Assembly: GCA_965223705.1 (NCBI GenBank)
Contig: OZ245015.1
Location: forward strand, 1,984,001 to 2,048,000
DNA: 64,000 nt
Reading direction: 5' to 3'
Source: Myxococcota bacterium
GTDB taxonomy: Bacteria > Myxococcota_A > UBA9160 > UBA6930
A program made the position numbers and the translations under genes. Position 1 is the stretch's first letter. Each line of letters begins with the position of its first letter. The notes under the pieces are model-generated. The model had not been told where the DNA came from and made no database searches. It saw only the letters and a program-made list of their open reading frames with translations. This document shows, in pieces, positions 30,536 through 39,899 of this stretch.

Positions 30536-30609
30536 GGCCAGAGGCGTGCGTCCCCCAGATGTCGGGGGACCGCCTGGCCCAAAAAACTCGCCTCGCGCCC
30601 ATGCGAGGC
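30536..30609. other. Structured intergenic element: long hairpin, A6 run, second hairpin
   Basis: Nested pairing GGCC/AGGCG/GTCCCCC with GGGGGAC/CGCCT/GGCC (30536-30579), AAAAAA (30581-30586), then GCCTCGC-N6-GCGAGGC (30590-30609). Confidence 0.55.
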
Positions 30610-30627
30610 TACGAAGGTTGATGCGTC

Positions 30628-33375
30628 ATGAGACGAGGCTTTGGCCGACGACGTCGGCGACAGAACAGCGACGAACTCCCGGGATTCGATCCCGCCGAAC
30701 TCGAAAAAGTAACGGAGGCGGGCCTGGTTTCGGCTCCACTCGAGAGGCGCGATCTCTCCGCCGTTCCCGCTCACATGGCTGTCGTCGGGACCGCGCAGGA
30801 TGAAGAAAAACAAATCGAGTGGTGGGTCATACGGGCGGAAGGTGTCGCAGAAGCGGTGGCGGCTGCCCTCGTGGTGCGCGACGCCGCGCCCGAAGCGAAC
30901 GCCGGGGTAACCCGGCACATCCTCGCGGTCGCGAATGGCGCGAGTGATTCGGATCGTCGCTCGCTCTCGTGTTTCGGGGCGCTTCCCGCCGAAGTGACGA
31001 GTCATGTCCTCGAGCGCGACATCGCTTTGGCCGGGCCGCCTCCCGAAGAGCGCTCGCCGGTGCCGGTCGATTGGTTCGTTTCCGCGGTCGGCGACGAGGC
31101 CGTACGACTCCTCGCCGATCGCGCGTTGGCTGGCCTCCGCGGCTTGGCGGGGAAATACGCGGGGTCGCTCCGCGCCGATGCTCGTTCGGTGGAACTGTGC
31201 GTCTCCGCACGCCCGGTAGCGGCGCTGCAACTCGAAGGTGAAGCGTTGTCGCTCGTCACGCTTCTTCCGCAACGGTCCGTCGCGCCGCTAGGGAGCGAGT
31301 CGCTGGCCGATGCCCTCGATCGTCTCGAGGGCAACCTGCGCCGCCGGTTGAACGACCGCAAAATACGAGACGGCGAGGAAGGTCTCCGCGGCCGGATGGG
31401 GCCCGTCTTGGCGAGCCACTGTGGCGTCCGGAGCGCTGCGCCGTGGCCTTTGACCGGAGAAGATCCGGACCCGCTCGATTGGGTGGGCGTCGACGCCTCG
31501 GGAGCAGTCGTGTTTGGAACCGCTCGGCTGTCGCTCGGAATCCCCGACCTATTGGCACTGCTCGCCGGCGTGGCGCGCGCGCGTCAGCTCCTGCCGGTGA
31601 TCTTGTCCGATGTCCACGGCCCGATTCGCCCCGACGAAGTGCGACTCGTGATCGCTGCCGAGAGCTACGGCGAGGGAGTCGCGACGCTACTTCCCCGACT
31701 GCGATTCCCCGTCGAATCGCTGTCGATCACGGATATCGCCGCGCAGTCGCCTCCGCTCGCAGCGAAAGCCAAGGCCTCGGGGACCGCCGCTCCTTCCGCC
31801 GGCACCGACGACAAGAGTCGACGCGGCCGAAGTCGGCGCGGGCGCGGGCGGCGACGAACGCCGGACGCGCCGCCGACCGAGGCACCCGCGTCGGAGCCCG
31901 AGGCTTCCGCAGAAGTCGACGCCGAAACATCCGAGCCTGCAGAGCCGGCCATCGAGGAGTTCTCGCTGTTCGACCTCGATGACGACAATGGCGACGACGG
32001 CGCGAGCCGCCGGCGCCGCCGTCGGGGCCGTCGCCGAAGTGGTGGACGGAGCCGGTCCGACGATCAGGGCGACGGCGAGGACGGTTCGGGCGAAGCTCCA
32101 GGGGCCGCAGAGAGCTCGCGCGCCGAAAAGAGCGCCGCAGGGACATCGGACGCAGACGGTGAGGACGACGCCGATGTCGACGACGAGCAGCTCCTCGGCC
32201 TCGATCCGGATGCGCCCGAACCCGAAGATTCTGTCGACGTTCGCTACGAGGACGCGGAGCTCGACGAAGAGCCTCTGACCGAGTCGGAGCAATTGCGGCT
32301 CGAGCGGGAGCGCCGACGTCTCGCCCGCATGGCGACACACGGAAAGAAGGAGCGCGCCGAAGAAGGCGACGAGGAACCGGATACCGCGGACGAGCCCGAC
32401 GGCTTGCCCCGGGGGCGGCCCGCGATCTTGGCCCACGCCGATCGACAGTCGCTGATCGCTGCGACGGTGCTCGCGCGGGACGTGCGCAACGTCGAGGGTG
32501 TGTGGGTCTATCCGCAGGACGAGCTGATGACGTTCTTTCGCGGTGTCGCAACCGATCTGCGCGAAAACACGCCGATTTTCGTCATTGGATTCTCGGCGAA
32601 GCCCAGCCGCGACGCGATTCAGGCCGCCGCACTCTACCGGGGGCGGCTCGTCTGGTTCGACCACCACGAGTGGCCGCCCGAGGACGAAGGCGCCATGGCC
32701 GAGGCTGTCGGTGCTGGTCGGCTGTATCTCACACCGGGCGCGGAAGGGCCGCTCGCTCCCGTGCTCTCTCAATGCAAGCGGCGGAGCCGCTTCTCGGACA
32801 AACTCGTCGATCTCGCTACGGGTCGTTTCACGCAGCACGACTATGAACGCTGGGGCCGGCTCTGGTGGAAGCGACTCGGCGACCTGGCGGCGCAGTCCGG
32901 CCCCGTAGGCAACGCCCTCGATCCGCTCTTCAGCGGCCGGCCCTCGGACCTCGCGCGGGAAGCGGCCAAGCAGCCGACACCGGATCCGCCCGACGAGCTG
33001 GCGTACGCCCTCGGGCGCGATTTTCGGATCGTTCACTTCGGTGGGTTCGGCCTTGCGGTCGTTGTGGTTCCCGAGCCGCTCGACCTGCATTTGACGACCC
33101 GCATCGTGCGGGAACGCCACGGGCTCGCTCTGTCCCTCGGCCTGCGCGAAGGTGGCGAGGCCATCGTTCTGGGAAGCGACGACGCCACAGGTCGCCGTTC
33201 CCTCGATTGCAGCGCGATGGTCGACCATCTGGCGGGGAAGTTCTCCTGGGCGGAAGTGCTGCCCGACGATGACCATGTGGCGAGGCTTCGGGTCCGCGAC
33301 TTGGCGCTCTATCCCGAGCGACTCGAGGAACTCGTCAGCGACATCGCGATGGGTCGATCGATCCTCGAGGGCTGA
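30628..33375 (+). CDS. Large multidomain protein: degenerate nuclease-like N-terminal region, low-complexity Arg/acidic linker, degenerate DHH/DHHA1 domain
   Basis: 915-aa ORF. C-terminal AILAHAD...WFDHHEW. Central RRGRSRRGRGRRR and SRRRRRRGRRR blocks among D/E-rich tracts. Confidence 0.75.
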   Translation: MRRGFGRRRRRQNSDELPGFDPAELEKVTEAGLVSAPLERRDLSAVPAHMAVVGTAQDEEKQIEWWVIRAEGVAEAVAAALVVRDAAPEANAGVTRHILAVANGASDSDRRSLSCFGALPAEVTSHVLERDIALAGPPPEERSPVPVDWFVSAVGDEAVRLLADRALAGLRGLAGKYAGSLRADARSVELCVSARPVAALQLEGEALSLVTLLPQRSVAPLGSESLADALDRLEGNLRRRLNDRKIRDGEEGLRGRMGPVLASHCGVRSAAPWPLTGEDPDPLDWVGVDASGAVVFGTARLSLGIPDLLALLAGVARARQLLPVILSDVHGPIRPDEVRLVIAAESYGEGVATLLPRLRFPVESLSITDIAAQSPPLAAKAKASGTAAPSAGTDDKSRRGRSRRGRGRRRTPDAPPTEAPASEPEASAEVDAETSEPAEPAIEEFSLFDLDDDNGDDGASRRRRRRGRRRSGGRSRSDDQGDGEDGSGEAPGAAESSRAEKSAAGTSDADGEDDADVDDEQLLGLDPDAPEPEDSVDVRYEDAELDEEPLTESEQLRLERERRRLARMATHGKKERAEEGDEEPDTADEPDGLPRGRPAILAHADRQSLIAATVLARDVRNVEGVWVYPQDELMTFFRGVATDLRENTPIFVIGFSAKPSRDAIQAAALYRGRLVWFDHHEWPPEDEGAMAEAVGAGRLYLTPGAEGPLAPVLSQCKRRSRFSDKLVDLATGRFTQHDYERWGRLWWKRLGDLAAQSGPVGNALDPLFSGRPSDLAREAAKQPTPDPPDELAYALGRDFRIVHFGGFGLAVVVVPEPLDLHLTTRIVRERHGLALSLGLREGGEAIVLGSDDATGRRSLDCSAMVDHLAGKFSWAEVLPDDDHVARLRVRDLALYPERLEELVSDIAMGRSILEG

Positions 33376-33394
33376 GCCCGGAACAAGGGCGGCG

Positions 33395-34156
33395 ATGGCA
33401 CGCGCCAATCTCGTCGAGGTGTTCTCGTCGATCCAGGGTGAAGGACCGAGCGTCGGCCAAAGGACGATCTTCGTCCGATTCGGCGGTTGCGACTTGCGCT
33501 GCGCGTGGTGCGATTCGCCGCACACCTGGAAGCCCCACCGCGCTTGGCGCGTCGAGGAAGAGCCGGGAAGTGCCGCCTTCTCTCAGTACGAGAATCCGGC
33601 ATCGCTCGACCAGGTGGTCGCTGCCGTCGCGGGGCTCGATCCCGCTCGCCACCGCTGGATCAGTCTCACCGGCGGCGAGCCGTTGTTGCAGCCGGCGCTC
33701 CCCGAGTTCGCCGCGGCCTTGGCCCAGTGGGGTACTCCGCTGCATCTCGAGACCCACGGTCTCGCTTGGCAGGCATTGCCCGCGGTGCTGCCCCGCTTGG
33801 GCTTCGTCTCGATGGATTGGAAGCTCGCCTCGGACGTGGAGCGGGCGAAGGGTGCATCGGGTGCCCCGTTCGCGGCAGAGCACCGAAGATTCCTCGCCGA
33901 AGCACGCGGGGTCGCTACGTGCGTCAAGCTCGTGTTGACCGCGCGGAGCGAAGACGCAGAGCTGATGGAGGCCTTCGAGAGCGTGGCCGAGCTGGCGCCC
34001 GACGCGACGCTGATCCTTCAGCCCGTGACCCCGACGGCCGACTTCGACAGGCGCCCCGATCCGGGACGCGTTCACGAGGTCGCGCGGCGCGCCGGGGACT
34101 GGGTTGCCGATGTCCGGGTCATTCCTCAGACCCACGTACTGTACGACGTTCTCTAG
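33395..34156 (+). CDS. queE: 7-carboxy-7-deazaguanine synthase QueE (radical SAM)
   Basis: EVFSSIQGEG, FVRFGGCDLRCAWCD, TGGEPLLQ, LETHG, RVIPQTH. Confidence 0.9.
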   Translation: MARANLVEVFSSIQGEGPSVGQRTIFVRFGGCDLRCAWCDSPHTWKPHRAWRVEEEPGSAAFSQYENPASLDQVVAAVAGLDPARHRWISLTGGEPLLQPALPEFAAALAQWGTPLHLETHGLAWQALPAVLPRLGFVSMDWKLASDVERAKGASGAPFAAEHRRFLAEARGVATCVKLVLTARSEDAELMEAFESVAELAPDATLILQPVTPTADFDRRPDPGRVHEVARRAGDWVADVRVIPQTHVLYDVL

Positions 34157-34683
34157 CGGTGGTCGGTCAGCCGTCCGCGGACAGCATCGAGGAGCGATAG
34201 CGCGTCGCCCTCGGGCGGCGCGGCAAGTCGCAGGCCCGGGAGACAGCCGGCGCGTTCACCGGCTTCGAGGTCGCGCGAGGAGTCTCCGATGACGAAGCTG
34301 CGTCGGAGGTCTGCGTTGAGCTCGTCGCGCGCGCGGAAGAGCAGACCCGGTTCGGGTTTCCGGCAGGCGCAGCCTTCGTCGGGACGATGTGGGCACCAGT
34401 AAGTCGCGGCGATCGGAACGCCGGTGCAAGCGAGGTCGCGCAGGAGGCGCCTCTGGAAGCGCCAAAAATCCGCTTCCTCGAAATACCCGCGTCCGATCCC
34501 GCTCTGATTCGTCACGATGGCCAAGCGGTAGCCGGCATCCGAGAGCATCCTGCACGCGAGAAAGGCACCCGGAAGCGGCGCGTAGTCGGACAGCTTGTGG
34601 TTGTAGCCTCGGTCCTCGACGAGGGTGCCGTCGCGATCGAGAAAAACGAAGGGTCGCTGTGCGGGTGCCGCGAGATCCGACAT
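34153..34683 (-). CDS. gmhB: D-glycero-D-manno-heptose 1,7-bisphosphate phosphatase (HAD IIIA)
   Basis: FLDRDGTL, VTNQSGIGRGY, CPH....C.CRKP, VIGD...D. Confidence 0.88.
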   Translation of the reverse strand: MSDLAAPAQRPFVFLDRDGTLVEDRGYNHKLSDYAPLPGAFLACRMLSDAGYRLAIVTNQSGIGRGYFEEADFWRFQRRLLRDLACTGVPIAATYWCPHRPDEGCACRKPEPGLLFRARDELNADLRRSFVIGDSSRDLEAGERAGCLPGLRLAAPPEGDALSLLDAVRGRLTDHR

Positions 34684-34694
34684 CGGACGCCAGG

Positions 34695-36749
34695 TTAGCG
34701 ACGTCGCAGACTCAGGCGAAGCACAGCCAGCTCGCGCTTCAAGCTGGCTTCGTCCGCACCGCCGAAGCGGGCGGCGAGGTAACGCTCGGTGATCGTTCGG
34801 AACGCCCACGCGGCCTCGGGAGTCAGCGAGCGCTCGGACTCCGCGACGAACTCTCGCGCGGTCGTGGTCGCGCCTCGAACCAGGCCCACGCGTCGCAGCA
34901 TGCCAAGGGCGCGCGCGTAAGCGAAGGGCAGGGGCGCCCGCTCTGGCTCGCCGCGTCGCAGCCATAGAAGGGCGCCGATCCCGACCAGTAGCGGTGCCAG
35001 GATCCAGAACGCCGCGCCTCCTTGCAGCGGAGACTTCCCGGCGGATGGCTCGAGCGGGCCCGAGTCGTCGGGGGAGACGGCGCGAGCCAGCCAAGAAAAG
35101 GAGGCGATCTGCCGCTCTCGGTCATAGTCCACGAAGGAACGGAACCACCAGAGTTCCAGGGCGCTCGTCAGTTCGCTCAGTCGATTGACGGCGGAGAGGG
35201 CGGCCGACCCGGCGAGTCTCAGATCGGGCGGTGTCGGGTCGAAGCGCACCCAGCCGGCGGTGGCGAAATGAATCTCGACCCAGCTGTGCGCATCGGCCTG
35301 TGAGAGCTCGATGAACCCGCGCAGGGAGTTTCGCCGACCGCCCGCAAAACCCGTCACCAACCGCGAGGGCAAACCCGCGGAGCGCGCGAGAAGCACCATC
35401 GCCGACGCGAAGTATTCGCAATGACCGGCCGTATCCCGGAACAGGAAATCCTCGATCGGTGGATTGTCACCGCGGCCGTGCGCGGGAGGCGCGTCGGTGT
35501 ATCGGCCGGTCTCGATCAGATGGTCACGGAGCTTCGCCACCCGGTCGTAATCGGTCGCGGCGTCGCGCGTGAGTTCCGCGGCGAGTTCCCGGACGCGGGG
35601 CGAGAGGCGCGGCAGAGCGCGGTAGCGTTCGGCGTTGTCTTCCGGCGGGAGAGCCGCGCGGTCGCCGCGAAGCGCGTCGGCAGAGGGAACCAGGCTCGCG
35701 CTCCGAATCCGATATTCGACCCGGCGCGCGGCGCTGTCTTGCGCGTAGAGGCTCCCGTTGCCGTCGCGCTCGATGCGTCCCATCGGTCCCCGCAGTCCCA
35801 GGGCCGGGCCGGCGGAGAAAATGACGCCGGCCGTGGTCGGTTCTCGGACGATCCGCTGGTGCGTGACCTCGCGCCGGTCGCGTGCGAGCACCAATCCAAC
35901 GCGCGCGTCTCCCGCGACTTGCCGGCCCGTGCTCACCGACCAGGTCCGGCCGTCGAAGTGATCGAACGCGAGCCCACGCCAATAAGCGTCCTCCGGGGCA
36001 GGCGTTTCGCCCCGCAAGATGTCGACCCGCAGGGCCACGCGGTTGTCCTGTCGAATCCGCCCGATGTCGCCGAGGGACACGCTGTCGCTAAAGCCGGAGC
36101 GCGCGAGCGCGGCGCCGCCGCCCGGGAGCGGGACACCGGCCCGCATCCTCGGGAGAAGCGGAAAAATGATGAGCGCAAGCGCGAACGTCAAGAGCGAAGC
36201 CAGGAGTGTCAGGCGGAGGAGACCGGCCGAAAGTACGGCTCGTTCGGCGCCGGGTTGGCCGGCTTCCGCGGCTTCGCAGGCGAGGGTGTGGGCGAGCAGC
36301 GTCCAGACCGTGAAGGACGAATACGCGGCCAGGCACAGCGGGAACAGCGCACTGTCCGTCAAGTTCGAAGCTGCCACGACTTGAAGCAGCGATAGCCCGA
36401 CGAGCAAGAATTCCGAAGTTCGCGGGCGTGCGTCGAGCAGCTTCAAGACGAGTGTCGCCGTCGCGAAGTACGCCAGCGCGATGAGCGTCGAGCCGTGCCA
36501 GAACCACGTCGCGCCACAGCCGAGCATGCCGACGAGGAGGAGGCCGTTGAGAAGGTTCCCCCGGGTTTGCCAGGGGCGGGGGTTCGGACCGAGGCGCATC
36601 GCAACGAGACCGAGAGCGGCGGCGCCGAGGATGATCGGAAGAGCGATCGCCTCGGATAGAGCGAGCGTCGCCGTCGATGCGGCGCACATCCCGTAGGCGG
36701 CTCGCGGGCGGGCTGAGCTGAGCGGGCCTCGGAAGTTGCGGCGACTCAC
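34695..36749 (-). CDS. Transglutaminase TgpA family membrane protein (DUF3488/DUF4129)
   Basis: N-terminal TM segments, YWRG.AFD.FDG..W, GHCEYFASAM, AHSWVE, FDPTP. GTG start overlaps the DUF58 stop. Confidence 0.92.
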   Translation of the reverse strand: MSRRNFRGPLSSARPRAAYGMCAASTATLALSEAIALPIILGAAALGLVAMRLGPNPRPWQTRGNLLNGLLLVGMLGCGATWFWHGSTLIALAYFATATLVLKLLDARPRTSEFLLVGLSLLQVVAASNLTDSALFPLCLAAYSSFTVWTLLAHTLACEAAEAGQPGAERAVLSAGLLRLTLLASLLTFALALIIFPLLPRMRAGVPLPGGGAALARSGFSDSVSLGDIGRIRQDNRVALRVDILRGETPAPEDAYWRGLAFDHFDGRTWSVSTGRQVAGDARVGLVLARDRREVTHQRIVREPTTAGVIFSAGPALGLRGPMGRIERDGNGSLYAQDSAARRVEYRIRSASLVPSADALRGDRAALPPEDNAERYRALPRLSPRVRELAAELTRDAATDYDRVAKLRDHLIETGRYTDAPPAHGRGDNPPIEDFLFRDTAGHCEYFASAMVLLARSAGLPSRLVTGFAGGRRNSLRGFIELSQADAHSWVEIHFATAGWVRFDPTPPDLRLAGSAALSAVNRLSELTSALELWWFRSFVDYDRERQIASFSWLARAVSPDDSGPLEPSAGKSPLQGGAAFWILAPLLVGIGALLWLRRGEPERAPLPFAYARALGMLRRVGLVRGATTTAREFVAESERSLTPEAAWAFRTITERYLAARFGGADEASLKRELAVLRLSLRRR

Positions 36750-37735
36750 GGGGACACGGCTCCGGCGCGCTCGGGCGGCGCTCCTTCCGGCACGACGGTG
36801 GCGAGAAAGCGCAGCAGATGCACGCGCTGCTTCGCACCCGACGCGGCCGGAAAGCGCTTCTCGTCGGTGATCAGGCTGACTTCCTGTCCCACTGAAAGCG
36901 CGGCAACCACCTCGGACGCCGCGTCTCGCACCGAACGTTCGAACGCGCGATCCGCTCGCCGTTTCGCCGTTCGCAAGCGCACGCAACGACTGGCGGCATG
37001 TTCCGGTTCACTCTCCCGCACGAACAGCCGGTGCTCGCGGACCGAGCGCGGCCAGTGCACGCGCCGCAGCGGATCGCCCGTGGCGAACTCGCGGAGCAGC
37101 GTCGCTTCGGGCGGTTTCTCACCGCCCGGGATCGGGTGACGCCCGTCGCCGTCCGAGCGCGTCAAATCCCAGGGCGAGCGTCGCAGAATCTCCGGGAAAA
37201 CGAGCGCTTCTTCGGGCGCTTCGATCCGCAGCGACTTGCTGAAGAGTCCGAAGGGGAAGCGCGTCGATGCGCGGAAGCCGGCGAACGCGATGCGCCCGCG
37301 TCGCTCGGGCACGACGCGATACACGCGCTGTACGGTCTCGCCCGGACCGATTCGCAGGGCGAAGACGCGCCCGACGGATTGGCCGTGGTACGCATCCGGC
37401 CCTACGAGATCTTCCACGACAACCGCGTACGCCGGGAAGCGGCGTTGACTGTTGGTGAGTTCGAGTGCGACGGGTGTCGCCGTCCCACAATAGATTTCGT
37501 TCGGATAACGTCGGCGCACTTCGAGGCCGCGCAAGGCGGCTTCCGAGAAGACGCCTGAAAAAATGAGGAAGCCTAAGAGGGCGGCGAACAAGAGGTAGAG
37601 CAAGTTGTTGCCGGTGTTGAGAGCCGCGAAACCGACGGCAAAGCAAATGCCCGAGAACACCCAACCGGCGCGCGTGGGGCGGAGGGATCGCGGGGGCCGA
37701 AGCGCTCGGCGGATTCCCGCGAGCACCCGGTTCAA
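36746..37735 (-). CDS. DUF58 domain protein
   Basis: AALNTGNNLLYL, TRFPFGLF.K, LREF..GD..RRVHW. Confidence 0.92.
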   Translation of the reverse strand: MNRVLAGIRRALRPPRSLRPTRAGWVFSGICFAVGFAALNTGNNLLYLLFAALLGFLIFSGVFSEAALRGLEVRRRYPNEIYCGTATPVALELTNSQRRFPAYAVVVEDLVGPDAYHGQSVGRVFALRIGPGETVQRVYRVVPERRGRIAFAGFRASTRFPFGLFSKSLRIEAPEEALVFPEILRRSPWDLTRSDGDGRHPIPGGEKPPEATLLREFATGDPLRRVHWPRSVREHRLFVRESEPEHAASRCVRLRTAKRRADRAFERSVRDAASEVVAALSVGQEVSLITDEKRFPAASGAKQRVHLLRFLATVVPEGAPPERAGAVSP

Positions 37736-38682
37736 AGCGGGACCGGAATCGACTCGAGAATCTCTTCGACCAACCAACGCGTGTGGGACGCGCTGGTTTG
37801 ACCCGAATCGAGGATCAGCCGGTGGGCCAACACGGGTTGCGCGGTTTCGCGGACGTCTTCGGGGATGCAATAGGCGCGCCCGTCGAGCAGCGCCCGAGCC
37901 TGAGCCGAAGCGCGATGCGCCAACGCCCCGCGCGTCGAGACCCCGACGGCGATGTCGTCTCGGTCGCGGGTCGCCGCTGCGATGTCGAGCAAGTACCGAA
38001 GCACCGCGTCGTCGAACTTGACGCGTTCGCTCGCGCTCCGCAGCCCGAGAATCTCTTCCACCGAAAGGACCGGGCTGACGTCCACGACGTCGACCACAGT
38101 ATCTCCGCGCAGGACCGCAAGTTCGTCCTCTCGTTCGGGATGGCCGAGTTCGAGACGGCGCTGGAAGCGATCGAGCTGGGATTCGGGAAGCGGGTACGTG
38201 CCGTGATGCTCGAACGGATTCTGCGTGGCGATCACGAAGAATGGATCCGGCAGCACGTGTCGTTCTCCGTCGACCGTCACGCCGCCTTCCGCCATCGCTT
38301 CGAGCAGCGCCGACTGCGTTTTCGGGCTGGCCCGGTTGATCTCATCCGCCAACACGATCTGCGCGAAAATCGGTCCCGGAGAAAAGCGCAACGCCCCGAC
38401 CATGGCGCCGTCTCGGAACTCCGGGAGGACGCCACCGATCACGTCGCTCGGCAACAGGTCGCTCGTGAACTGGACGCGCTGGAACGTGGCCGCGCAGGCG
38501 CCCGCGAGCGCTCGCGCCAGCGTCGTCTTGCCCACGCCCGGCACGTCCTCGATCAACACGTGACCGCCGCTCACGAACGCTTCGACGGCCGAGCGAACGA
38601 TCGCTCGCTTTCCGCACACGGCTTTTTCAATTTCATCGCACAGTCGCGCGGCCTGCGCCGCCGCTTCTGTGGGATCCGGCAC
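37732..38682 (-). CDS. MoxR family AAA+ ATPase
   Basis: GHVLIEDVPGVGKT, QFTSDLLPSD, DEINRASPKTQSALLEAM, ATQNP, LPESQLDRF. Confidence 0.95.
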   Translation of the reverse strand: MPDPTEAAAQAARLCDEIEKAVCGKRAIVRSAVEAFVSGGHVLIEDVPGVGKTTLARALAGACAATFQRVQFTSDLLPSDVIGGVLPEFRDGAMVGALRFSPGPIFAQIVLADEINRASPKTQSALLEAMAEGGVTVDGERHVLPDPFFVIATQNPFEHHGTYPLPESQLDRFQRRLELGHPEREDELAVLRGDTVVDVVDVSPVLSVEEILGLRSASERVKFDDAVLRYLLDIAAATRDRDDIAVGVSTRGALAHRASAQARALLDGRAYCIPEDVRETAQPVLAHRLILDSGQTSASHTRWLVEEILESIPVPL

Positions 38683-38819
38683 ATGAGACAACGGACACCT
38701 CGGCTCCGTACCTCTTCGGATCGTGGGGATTTTCGCTGAATGCGCCGCGCGCTCTCGGAGGATCGTGAGTCGGCAATTGACTCGCAAGGAAGGCCTCGAA
38801 GCTGCGGCGGGTCTAGCGG

Positions 38820-39899
38820 TTACGGATTTTCGGCGTCCGCCGCGAACAACGCGGCCCGCGGGTCCGCGGCGTCGGCCGCCGCGCGGGCCGCTGTGAGGAG
38901 GGCTTCCAAGTCGCCGCCGAGATCGGCGAGGCGTGCTTCGTAACGCGGAATGTCGGCTTCGTAGGTGCCGCCGAGAACGAGGCAAGCGTCGTTCAACCGT
39001 ACCTGCTCCGCGTAGCGTTCGGTGTCGACGGTTTCGAGATCGAGCGTCGTGATGATCTCGAGCAAATCCCCCTCGAACTTTCTGCGCTGTAGATCGCGGT
39101 CGGACCCCGCCGGCTGTTCGGCGTAGAGCCTGGTGATTCCGCGCCTGAAGTTGGCCATCACGTACGACATCATGCGCGACTCGGTCACCTCGAGGCGCGC
39201 CCTCTCACCTTCGTCTCGCCGCTCGCGGAAGCGAACCGCCGCTTCCTGCCCGACGAACGTCGCGAGCCCTTCGTTGAAGTCGGGCTCGCCCGGTGCGAAG
39301 ACCGTCGTGTGCACCAGTTCGTGCAGGATGACTTCGGTCAGCTGGCCGGGTGGGAGGCGGAGCATGGGTTCTGTCAGCGGATCGTCGAACCAACCGAGCG
39401 TGGAGTACGCGCGCACCGGCGACACGCACACGTCGAACCCGTCCGATCGGAGCTTCTCGGCCGCGCGTTTCGCGTCCTCTTCTTTGAAATAACCCTTGTA
39501 CGGTGCGTCCCCGATCAGCGGAAACCAGAACGGGTACGCGACGAGCTCTCCAGGGCGGGTTCGAACGATCGTCGTCAGCATGCGTTCGCCCGGCCACGCG
39601 GCGTAGCTCTCGTACTGGCCTTCGACCTCGAGTCCGATCTCTTGCGCGTATTCCCGCGTCGCGGCGACGAGTTCGAGCGCGGCGACCACGTCGGGCGGCG
39701 TCGCCGGATCTCGCAACACTTCGGCGATGGGGCGGCGCGCTTTGAGGAGCTCCATCTGGCCACGGGCGAGTTGGGTGTAGTAACACCCCGAGAGGGTCAG
39801 CGAGAGCAAGACGATCCCAGCGAGGGACGCGGCCGGGCGGGAGAGCTTGCGAAGGAGAGGGAGGTTGGTGGCGGAAGCCCAACGGGCAATCGTGCGCAT
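38820..39899 (-). CDS. Putative zinc aminopeptidase lipoprotein (DUF2265-like)
   Basis: Lipobox-like LSGC, PYKGYF, AYSTLGWF.DP, HELVH (HExxH), FNEG. Start uncertain. Confidence 0.85.
   Translation of the reverse strand: MRTIARWASATNLPLLRKLSRPAASLAGIVLLSLTLSGCYYTQLARGQMELLKARRPIAEVLRDPATPPDVVAALELVAATREYAQEIGLEVEGQYESYAAWPGERMLTTIVRTRPGELVAYPFWFPLIGDAPYKGYFKEEDAKRAAEKLRSDGFDVCVSPVRAYSTLGWFDDPLTEPMLRLPPGQLTEVILHELVHTTVFAPGEPDFNEGLATFVGQEAAVRFRERRDEGERARLEVTESRMMSYVMANFRRGITRLYAEQPAGSDRDLQRRKFEGDLLEIITTLDLETVDTERYAEQVRLNDACLVLGGTYEADIPRYEARLADLGGDLEALLTAARAAADAADPRAALFAADAENP

Noticed and set aside
30560..30592. preQ1-I riboswitch, suggested by AAAAAACTCG upstream of a queE-containing run
   Set aside because: No P1 stem with a UUC-type loop precedes the A-rich tail, and queE is 2.8 kb away. 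Kept only as a generic structured element.
33395..34156. queE as part of a dpd 7-deazaguanine DNA-modification system
   Set aside because: No dpdA/tgt-like, queC, queD or folE genes are in the window.
34695..38682. MoxR-DUF58-transglutaminase as a novel system
   Set aside because: This is a well-known, widespread three-gene arrangement with intact motifs.
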